From IMG/VR virus record IMGVR_UViG_2579778773_000006: a stretch of 7,692 nucleotides of DNA; one strand, written 5' to 3'. The stretch is from a virus (lineage: Duplodnaviria; Heunggongvirae; Uroviricota; Caudoviricetes). Below, piece after piece: positions 1 to 6,229 of the stretch (position 1 is its first letter; every line of letters begins with the position of its first letter). The position numbers and the translations under genes are program-made. The notes under the pieces are model-generated. The model had not been told where the DNA came from. It did no database searches and was given only the letters and a program-made list of their open reading frames with translations.

Positions 1-816
1 ATGAGCACTTGCATATATTGTGGTCAGGAAGGGAAAATGACTAGAGAACATATACTCCCGTCTTTCATCTATGAATATCAATATAGTACATCATCTGGGA
101 AAACTATAGGATGGCAAGAAAAATCAAAAAAAATGATAAGTGGTGAGGCTAAAATAAAAGATGTTTGTTTTCATTGTAATAACGTAGTTCTATGTAATTT
201 AGATGGTTATGTCAAAAATATGCTAGAGCGCTCTGGTTTCTTTACAGAGTGTTTTTTAAAAGAAAAAGTTAATATCGATTATAATTATAGCTTGCTTTCT
301 CGCTGGCTACTTAAAGTTGCATTTAATTCATCTAGGGCTAGTGAGAAGAAATTGTCTTTTTTTGATAAATACAAAGATGTTATTTTGGGGTTGAGTTCTG
401 ACTTTTCAGACTTTGCAATTTCGGCTGGGTTGTTTAAACCATTAAAATTGACACCATCGGAAATGCTAAAATATGGCCATAACCTCAAAGCGCATCCTTC
501 GGGATATGCGAATCCTTTCTTTGGTCGAATTTCATGGGGCGAATTCGAATCATCCGAATGCGCGGTGAAACAGATTGTAATTGGTGCCGCAATTTTTCAT
601 ATTCTAGCTTTTAAAGGCGATTTGCATAGAAATCGAAAGAAAGCTTTAGTTAAGGAATATTTAGAAACTTGCAAAGGAATGACTCTCATTAGGAAAAATA
701 AATCTAAAGTAGATGTAATGCAAACCCCCATAACCTTTCTTGACTCAATGAAGCATCATATGCAACGCCCAGAGGTTGAACCATACTTGAGAGAAATATC
801 CCAAAATATCAATTAA
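1..816 (+). CDS. Cargo protein of unknown function with N-terminal HNH-like Cys/His (zinc-ribbon nuclease-type) motif; candidate anti-phage defence effector or free-standing HNH endonuclease
   Basis: Uninterrupted 271-codon ORF from an ATG at window position 1 to TAA at 814-816. N-terminal motif reads C4-x2-C7 ... E16-H17-I-L-P20 ... C56-F-H-C59-N-N ... L-C65-N, resembling the CxxC / (D/E)H-x2-P / N / CxxC layout of HNH nucleases. The remaining ~200 aa carry no motif I can name. Strongly AT-rich and Lys/Asn/Ile/Tyr/Phe-rich codon usage, unlike the phage genes downstream. The ORF touches the window edge, so the true start and any upstream partner cannot be confirmed. Confidence 0.65.
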   Translation: MSTCIYCGQEGKMTREHILPSFIYEYQYSTSSGKTIGWQEKSKKMISGEAKIKDVCFHCNNVVLCNLDGYVKNMLERSGFFTECFLKEKVNIDYNYSLLSRWLLKVAFNSSRASEKKLSFFDKYKDVILGLSSDFSDFAISAGLFKPLKLTPSEMLKYGHNLKAHPSGYANPFFGRISWGEFESSECAVKQIVIGAAIFHILAFKGDLHRNRKKALVKEYLETCKGMTLIRKNKSKVDVMQTPITFLDSMKHHMQRPEVEPYLREISQNIN

Positions 817-964
817 TTTTTGCTCACGCATTTTGATAATAGGAGCTATAGGATGTTTGTGCTTCATTCAAGGTCCGCTCCTCGCTCAAAGCAGACTGTC
901 AGATTTGACAGGGTTTTGGTTACGTAATTTGTCAGTTGGAAACTGAGTGAGTACAAATCAAGGC

Positions 965-993
965 AGGCGGGCTGATTGCCCGCCTTTTCTTTA
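965..993 (+). terminator. Rho-independent (intrinsic) terminator downstream of the cargo gene
   Basis: Perfect 8-bp GC-rich stem AGGCGGGC (965-972) / GCCCGCCT (978-985) with 5-nt loop TGATT, followed directly by the T-rich tract TTTTCTTTAT (985-994). Confidence 0.6.
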
Positions 994-1007
994 TCTGTTG
1001 TTTCATC

Positions 1008-1062
1008 CACTGACCAGTCAGGTCAAATAGCGTCTCATGCACTGCCCAACAGACAATAGTTG
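1008..1062 (+). promoter_or_regulatory. Candidate late promoter region (PF-like) for the FI-FII-E-T-U-D operon, containing a dyad-symmetry element
   Basis: Overlapping inverted repeats CTGAC(1010-1014)/GTCAG(1017-1021) and TGACC(1011-1015)/GGTCA(1021-1025) lie about 65-80 nt upstream of the FI ATG, where P2 late promoters carry an activator-binding dyad. No perfect TGT-N12-ACA match and no convincing -10/-35 pair were found, so exact elements are not assigned. Confidence 0.3.
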
Positions 1063-1088
1063 CACCCATTAACCACGGAGTTAAACGG

Positions 1089-2279
1089 ATGAGTGACTAT
1101 CATCACGGCGTGCAGGTGCTGGAGATTAACGACGGCACCCGCGTCATTTCCACCGTATCCACTGCCATTGTCGGCATGGTCTGCACGGCCAGCGATGCGG
1201 ATGCGGAAACCTTCCCCCTCAATAAACCGGTGCTGATTACCAATGTGCAGAGCGCAATTGCAAAGGCTGGTAAAAAAGGCACGCTGGCGGCATCGTTGCA
1301 GGCCATCGCCGACCAGTCAAAACCGGTCACCGTTGTCGTGCGTGTGGAAGACGGCACCGGCGACGACGAGGAAACGAAACTCGCGCAGACCGTTTCCAAT
1401 ATCATCGGCACCACCGACGAAAACGGTCAGTACACCGGACTGAAAGCCCTGATGGGGGCGGAGTCGGTTACCGGTGTTAAACCGCGTATTCTCGGTGTGC
1501 CGGGACTGGACACCAAAGAGGTGGCGGTTGCACTGGCATCAGTCTGTCAGAAGCTGCGCGCTTTCGGGTATATCAGCGCATGGGGCTGTAAAACCATTTC
1601 CGAGGTGAAAGCCTACCGCCAGAATTTCAGCCAGCGTGAGCTGATGGTCATCTGGCCGGATTTCCTCGCATGGGATACGGTCGCCAGTACCACCGCCACC
1701 GCGTATGCCACCGCCCGTGCGCTGGGCCTGCGCGCTAAAATCGACCAGGAGCAGGGCTGGCATAAAACGCTGTCCAATGTCGGGGTGAACGGTGTTACCG
1801 GCATCAGCGCATCCGTCTTCTGGGATTTGCAGGAGTCCGGCACCGATGCTGACCTGCTTAACGAGTCAGGCGTCACTACGCTGATTCGCCGCGACGGTTT
1901 CCGCTTCTGGGGTAACCGTACCTGCTCCGATGACCCGCTGTTCCTCTTTGAAAACTACACCCGCACCGCGCAGGTGCTGGCCGACTCGATGGCTGAGGCG
2001 CACATGTGGGCGGTGGACAAGCCCATCACTGCAACGCTGATTCGCGACATCGTTGACGGCATCAATGCCAAATTCCGTGAGCTGAAAACAAACGGCTATA
2101 TCGTGGATGCGACCTGCTGGTTCAGCGAAGAATCCAACGATGCGGAAACCCTCAAGGCCGGAAAACTGTATATCGACTATGACTATACCCCGGTGCCTCC
2201 TCTTGAAAACCTGACCCTGCGCCAGCGTATTACCGATAAATACCTGGCAAATCTGGTCACCTCGGTTAACAGCAATTAA
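1089..2279 (+). CDS. FI: Contractile tail sheath protein (P2 gpFI family)
   Basis: 396-aa ORF; the translation (MSDYHHGVQVLEINDGTRVISTV...YLANLVTSVNSN) is recognisable as P2 FI tail sheath, and the length equals P2 gpFI. GGAG Shine-Dalgarno at 1077-1080, 8 nt before the ATG. First gene of the conserved FI-FII-E-T-U-D order. Confidence 0.95.
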   Translation: MSDYHHGVQVLEINDGTRVISTVSTAIVGMVCTASDADAETFPLNKPVLITNVQSAIAKAGKKGTLAASLQAIADQSKPVTVVVRVEDGTGDDEETKLAQTVSNIIGTTDENGQYTGLKALMGAESVTGVKPRILGVPGLDTKEVAVALASVCQKLRAFGYISAWGCKTISEVKAYRQNFSQRELMVIWPDFLAWDTVASTTATAYATARALGLRAKIDQEQGWHKTLSNVGVNGVTGISASVFWDLQESGTDADLLNESGVTTLIRRDGFRFWGNRTCSDDPLFLFENYTRTAQVLADSMAEAHMWAVDKPITATLIRDIVDGINAKFRELKTNGYIVDATCWFSEESNDAETLKAGKLYIDYDYTPVPPLENLTLRQRITDKYLANLVTSVNSN

Positions 2280-2291
2280 GGAGCCTGACCG

Positions 2292-2810
2292 ATGGCAATG
2301 CCGCGCAAACTCAAGTTAATGAACGTCTTTCTGAACGGCTACAGCTATCAGGGCGTTGCAAAGTCCGTCACGCTGCCAAAACTGACCCGTAAGCTCGAAA
2401 ACTATCGCGGTGCGGGGATGAACGGCAGCGCACCGGTAGACCTCGGCCTTGATGACGATGCGCTGTCAATGGAGTGGTCGCTCGGTGGCTTCCCGGATTC
2501 GGTTATCTGGGAGCTTTACGCCGCAACCGGTGTGGATGCCGTACCGATTCGTTTTGCAGGCTCTTACCAGCGCGACGATACCGGCGAAACGGTGGCCGTC
2601 GAGGTGGTCATGCGTGGACGTCAGAAAGAAATCGACACCGGCGAGGGCAAACAGGGAGAAGACACCGAGTCGAAAATCTCCGTGGTCTGCACCTATTTCC
2701 GGCTGACGATGGACGGTAAGGAGCTGGTCGAAATCGACACCATCAACATGATTGAGAAGGTGAACGGCGTCGACCGGCTGGAGCAACACCGCCGCAATAT
2801 TGGCCTGTGA
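2292..2810 (+). CDS. FII: Tail tube protein (P2 gpFII family)
   Basis: 172-aa ORF (MAMPRKLKLMNVFLNGYSYQGVAKSVTLPKL...) recognisable as P2 FII tail tube. AAGGAG RBS at 2277-2282 overlaps the FI stop codon. Lies immediately after the sheath gene as in P2. Confidence 0.95.
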   Translation: MAMPRKLKLMNVFLNGYSYQGVAKSVTLPKLTRKLENYRGAGMNGSAPVDLGLDDDALSMEWSLGGFPDSVIWELYAATGVDAVPIRFAGSYQRDDTGETVAVEVVMRGRQKEIDTGEGKQGEDTESKISVVCTYFRLTMDGKELVEIDTINMIEKVNGVDRLEQHRRNIGL

Positions 2811-2817
2811 TTTTCAT

Positions 2818-2838
2818 CCGGTCAGCCTGGCTGACCGG
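2818..2838 (+). other. GC-rich stem-loop in the FII-E intergenic region (possible mRNA stability element or partial attenuator; not a canonical terminator)
   Basis: CCGGTCAGC (2818-2826) pairs with GCTGACCGG (2830-2838) around a 3-nt loop (9-bp perfect stem). The downstream sequence TTAACCCCCGATT lacks a U-tract, so efficient intrinsic termination is unlikely. Confidence 0.35.
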
Positions 2839-2867
2839 TTAACCCCCGATTCAGAAGTGAGAAAACC

Positions 2868-3143
2868 ATGAACAAAGAAAATGTGATTACCCTGGACAAT
2901 CCGGTCAAGCGTGGTGAGCAGGTCATCGAACAGGTCACGCTGATGAAACCCAATGCCGGGACGCTGCGCGGTGTCAGTCTGGCTGCGGTCGCGAACTCCG
3001 AAGTCGATGCACTGATTAAGGTGCTGCCGCGCATGACGGCACCGATGCTGACCGAGCAGGAAGTTGCCGCGCTGGAACTGCCTGACCTTGTGGCGCTGGC
3101 CGGTAAGGTGGTCGGTTTTTTGTCGCCGAACTCGGTGCAGTGA
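2868..3143 (+). CDS. E: Tail assembly chaperone gpE (zero-frame product)
   Basis: 91-aa ORF (MNKENVITLDNPVKRGEQVIEQVTLMKPNAG...) sits between the tube and tape-measure genes as in P2. Length matches P2 gpE. It contains the slippery run near its 3' end. Confidence 0.9.
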   Translation: MNKENVITLDNPVKRGEQVIEQVTLMKPNAGTLRGVSLAAVANSEVDALIKVLPRMTAPMLTEQEVAALELPDLVALAGKVVGFLSPNSVQ

Positions 3144-3295
3144 CGTTCCCGAAAAATCTCTCGGTCGATGACCTGATGGCGGATGTGGCAGTGATATTTC
3201 ACTGGCCGCCATCAGAACTGTATCCCATGAGCCTGACCGAACTCATCACATGGCGCGAAAAGGCGCTCCGGCGAAGCGGAAACACGAATGAGTAA
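2868..3295 (+). CDS. E+E': Tail assembly chaperone frameshift product gpE+E' (made by -1 frameshift near 3119-3122)
   Basis: Shifting -1 at the TTTTTTG site gives the continuation ...VAELGAVTFPKNLSVDDLMADVAVIFHWPPSELYPMSLTELITWREKALRRSGNTNE, ending at TAA 3293-3295. The predicted fusion is 142 aa, the length known for P2 E+E'. The arrangement parallels the G/GT chaperone frameshift conserved upstream of tape-measure genes. Confidence 0.7.
3114..3122 (+). promoter_or_regulatory. Programmed -1 ribosomal frameshift slippery site (G GTT TTT TG) for E -> E+E'
   Basis: A T6 run (3116-3121) lies within GGT-TTT-TTG in the E frame, 7 codons before the E stop. The -1 frame is open from here to TAA at 3293-3295. 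Confidence 0.7.
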
Positions 3296-5735
3296 CAATG
3301 TAAAATTACAGGTATTGCTCAGGGCTGTTGACCAGGCATCCCGCCCGTTTAAATCCATCCGCACAGCGAGTAAGTCGCTGTCGGGGGATATCCGGGAAAC
3401 ACAAAAATCACTGCGCGAGCTGAACGGTCACGCATCCCGTATTGAGGGATTCCGCAAGACCAGTGCACAGCTCGCCGTGACTGGTCATGCACTTGAAAAG
3501 GCTCGGCAGGAAGCCGAAGCCCTTGCCACACAGTTTAAAAACACCGAACGTCCGACCCGTGCTCAGGCGAAAGTGCTGGAATCCGCAAAGCGTGCGGCGG
3601 AGGACTTACAGGCGAAATATAACCGCCTGACGGATTCCGTTAAACGCCAGCAGCGGGAACTGGCCGCTGTGGGAATTAATACCCGCAATCTTGCACATGA
3701 TGAGCAGGGGCTGAAAAACCGTATCAGTGAAACCACCGCACAGCTTAATCGTCAGCGCGACGCACTGGCGCGTGTCAGTGCGCAACAGGCAAAACTTAAC
3801 GCAGTAAAACAGCGTTATCAGGCCGGAAAGGAACTGGCCGGAAATATGGCCTCAGTGGGCGCTGCCGGTGTGGGGATTGCGGCGGCGGGAACGATGGCCG
3901 GAGTTAAGCTGCTGATGCCCGGTTATGAGTTTGCGCAGAAAAACTCAGAATTGCAGGCCGTGCTAGGAGTGGCAAAAGACTCCGCCGAAATGACCGCACT
4001 CCGCAAGCAGGCGCGCCAGCTCGGCGACAATACCGCCGCCTCAGCGGATGATGCGGCCAGTGCACAGATAATCATCGCGAAAGCGGGTGGGGATGTTGAT
4101 GCCATTCAGGCGGCAACACCGGTCACGCTGAATATGGCGCTGGCGAACCGCCGCACGATGGAAGAAAACGCCGCCCTGCTGATGGGGATGAAATCCGCCT
4201 TTCAGCTTTCAAACGATAAGGTCGCTCATATCGGGGATGTTCTCTCCATGACGATGAACAAAACCGCCGCCGATTTTGACGGCATGAGCGATGCGCTGAC
4301 CTATGCCGCACCTGTGGCAAAAAATGCCGGTGTCAGCATTGAAGAAACCGCCGCAATGGTCGGGGCGCTGCATGATGCAAAAATCACAGGCTCAATGGCG
4401 GGGACGGGAAGCCGTGCCGTGTTAAGCCGCCTGCAGGCACCGACGGGAAAAGCATGGGATGCACTCAAAGAGCTTGGCGTGAAAACCTCAGACAGCAAGG
4501 GAAACACCCGGCCAATATTTACCATTCTGAAAGAAATGCAGGCCAGTTTTGAGAAAAACCGGCTCGGTACTGCCCAGCAGGCTGAATACATGAAAACCAT
4601 TTTCGGGGAGGAGGCCAGCTCAGCCGCCGCTGTGCTGATGACTGCCGCCTCAACCGGAAAGCTGGACAAACTGACCGCTGCGTTTAAAGCCTCAGACGGG
4701 AAGACCGCCGAGCTGGTAAATATCATGCAGGACAACCTCGGCGGTGACTTTAAGGAGTTTCAGTCCGCTTATGAGGCGGTGGGGACTGACCTGTTTGACC
4801 AGCAGGAAGGCGCGCTGCGTAAGCTCACGCAGACGGCCACAAAGTATGTGTTAAAACTCGACGGCTGGATACAGAAAAACAAATCACTGGCGTCAACCAT
4901 TGGCCTCATTGCCGGTGGCGCGCTGGCGCTTACTGGCATCATCGGTGCAATTGGTCTTGTTGCCTGGCCGGTTATCACCGGCATCAATGCCATCATCGCG
5001 GCAGCAGGCGCAATGGGGGCAATCTTCACGACGGTTGGCAGTGCTGTTATGACGGCCATCGGGGCGATTAGCTGGCCGGTTGTGGCCGTGGTGGCCGCCA
5101 TTGTCGCCGGGGCGTTGCTTATCCGTAAATACTGGGAGCCTGTCAGCGCATTCTTTGGCGGTGTGGTTGAAGGGCTGAAAGCGGCATTTGCGCCGGTGGG
5201 GGAACTGTTCACGCCACTGAAGCCGGTGTTTGACTGGCTGGGCGAAAAGTTACAGGCCGCGTGGCAGTGGTTTAAAAACCTGATTGCCCCGGTCAAAGCC
5301 ACCCAGGACACCCTGAACCGTTGCCGTGACACGGGCGTCATGTTCGGGCAGGCACTGGCTGACGCGCTGATGCTGCCGCTTAATGCGTTCAACAAACTGC
5401 GCAGCGGCATTGACTGGGTACTGGAAAAGCTCGGGGTCATCAACAAAGAGTCAGACACACTTGACCAGACCGCCGCCAGAACTCATGCCGCCACATATGG
5501 CACCGGTGGTTATATTCCGGCGACCAGCTCTTATGCAGGCTATCAGGCTTATCAGCCGGTTACGGCACCGGCTGGCCGCTCTTATGTAGACCAGAGTAAA
5601 AACGAATATCACATTAACCTGACGGGTGGTTCTGCGCCGGGAACACAGCTTGACCGCCAGTTACAGGATGCGCTCGAAAAATACGAGCGGGATAAACGTG
5701 CGCGCGCCCGTGCCAGCATGATGCATGACGGTTAA
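3288..5735 (+). CDS. T: Tail tape measure protein (P2 gpT family)
   Basis: 815-aa ORF, equal in length to P2 gpT. The N-terminal region is charged and coiled-coil-like (Q/R/A/L/K-rich). The C-terminal part has Gly/Ala/Ile-rich hydrophobic segments (e.g. LIAGGALALTGIIGAIGLVAWPVITGINAIIAAAGAMGAIF) typical of tape measure proteins. The start overlaps the E' terminus by 8 nt. Confidence 0.93.
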   Translation: MSNNVKLQVLLRAVDQASRPFKSIRTASKSLSGDIRETQKSLRELNGHASRIEGFRKTSAQLAVTGHALEKARQEAEALATQFKNTERPTRAQAKVLESAKRAAEDLQAKYNRLTDSVKRQQRELAAVGINTRNLAHDEQGLKNRISETTAQLNRQRDALARVSAQQAKLNAVKQRYQAGKELAGNMASVGAAGVGIAAAGTMAGVKLLMPGYEFAQKNSELQAVLGVAKDSAEMTALRKQARQLGDNTAASADDAASAQIIIAKAGGDVDAIQAATPVTLNMALANRRTMEENAALLMGMKSAFQLSNDKVAHIGDVLSMTMNKTAADFDGMSDALTYAAPVAKNAGVSIEETAAMVGALHDAKITGSMAGTGSRAVLSRLQAPTGKAWDALKELGVKTSDSKGNTRPIFTILKEMQASFEKNRLGTAQQAEYMKTIFGEEASSAAAVLMTAASTGKLDKLTAAFKASDGKTAELVNIMQDNLGGDFKEFQSAYEAVGTDLFDQQEGALRKLTQTATKYVLKLDGWIQKNKSLASTIGLIAGGALALTGIIGAIGLVAWPVITGINAIIAAAGAMGAIFTTVGSAVMTAIGAISWPVVAVVAAIVAGALLIRKYWEPVSAFFGGVVEGLKAAFAPVGELFTPLKPVFDWLGEKLQAAWQWFKNLIAPVKATQDTLNRCRDTGVMFGQALADALMLPLNAFNKLRSGIDWVLEKLGVINKESDTLDQTAARTHAATYGTGGYIPATSSYAGYQAYQPVTAPAGRSYVDQSKNEYHINLTGGSAPGTQLDRQLQDALEKYERDKRARARASMMHDG

Positions 5736-5749
5736 GGAGGTGACGAAAA

Positions 5750-6229
5750 ATGATGCTCGCGTTAGGTATGTTTGTTTTTATGCGCCAGACGCTGCCACAC
5801 CAGACCATGCAGCGTGAATCAGATTATCGCTGGCCGTCAAATTCCCGTATCGGTAAACGGGATGCCTTTCAGTTTCTCGGTGTTGGCGAGGAAAACATCA
5901 CGCTTGCCGGTGTGCTTTATCCCGAGCTGACCGGCGGAAAGCTGACGATGACCACGCTCAGGCTGATGGCAGAGGAAGGTCGGGCGTGGCCGTTGCTGGA
6001 TGGCACCGGCATGATTTACGGCATGTATGTCATCAGCAGGGTGAGTGAAACAGGGAGTATTTTCTTTGCAGACGGCACACCCCGAAAAATTGATTTTACG
6101 CTGTCGCTCACCCGCGTTGATGAATCACTGGCCGCGCTTTATGGCGATATCGGTAAACAGGCGGAATCGCTCATCGGTAAGGCTGGCAGTATGTCGACCA
6201 GATTCACGGGTATGACGGGGGCGGGATAA
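5750..6229 (+). CDS. U: Tail protein gpU
   Basis: 159-aa ORF (MMLALGMFVFMRQTLPHQTMQRESDYRWP...) at the position and length of P2 gpU. Strong AGGAGGTGA RBS (5734-5742), 7 nt before the ATG. Confidence 0.9.
   Translation: MMLALGMFVFMRQTLPHQTMQRESDYRWPSNSRIGKRDAFQFLGVGEENITLAGVLYPELTGGKLTMTTLRLMAEEGRAWPLLDGTGMIYGMYVISRVSETGSIFFADGTPRKIDFTLSLTRVDESLAALYGDIGKQAESLIGKAGSMSTRFTGMTGAG

Noticed and set aside
285-488. Minus-strand 67-aa ORF inside the cargo gene
   Set aside because: It is short, AT-rich antisense sequence with no RBS, and is fully contained in the longer forward ORF, which carries the Cys/His motif.
841-1088. Canonical Ogr-type TGT-N12-ACA late-promoter dyad upstream of FI
   Set aside because: Checking each TGT and ACA in this interval by eye found no perfect match, so only the CTGACC...GGTCAG-type palindrome at 1010-1025 is reported, as a low-confidence candidate.
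1103-1876. Minus-strand ORFs 1103-1414, 1539-1763 and 1613-1876, plus the plus-strand alternate-frame ORF 1243-1443
   Set aside because: All are embedded in the strongly supported FI tail sheath gene. They have no RBS, are Arg/Pro/Gly/Ser-rich as expected for antisense or shifted frames of GC-rich coding DNA, and resemble nothing recognisable.
2449-2789. Alternate-frame and antisense ORFs inside FII (2449-2706 +, 2474-2719 +, 2466-2789 -)
   Set aside because: They overlap the recognisable tail tube gene. Their Arg/Gly-rich composition is typical of out-of-frame translation of GC-rich sequence.
2814-3212. Minus-strand ORFs 2814-3212 and 2822-3202 covering gene E and the E' region
   Set aside because: The plus strand here encodes E and the frameshift extension E' with the expected lengths. 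The antisense ORFs have no start context and a skewed composition.
3349-5458. Several long minus-strand ORFs inside T (3349-3531, 3923-4105, 4123-4320, 4301-4735, 4769-5458)
   Set aside because: They are artefacts of the Ala/Gly-rich, GC-rich tape measure coding sequence, whose antisense lacks stops. A 2.4-kb forward ORF of exactly P2 gpT length explains the region.
5383-5808. ORFs 5383-5589 (+, alternate frame) and 5614-5808 (-) near the T-U junction
   Set aside because: They overlap the T C-terminus and the U start, have no RBS, and U has a strong AGGAGG RBS in the forward frame.
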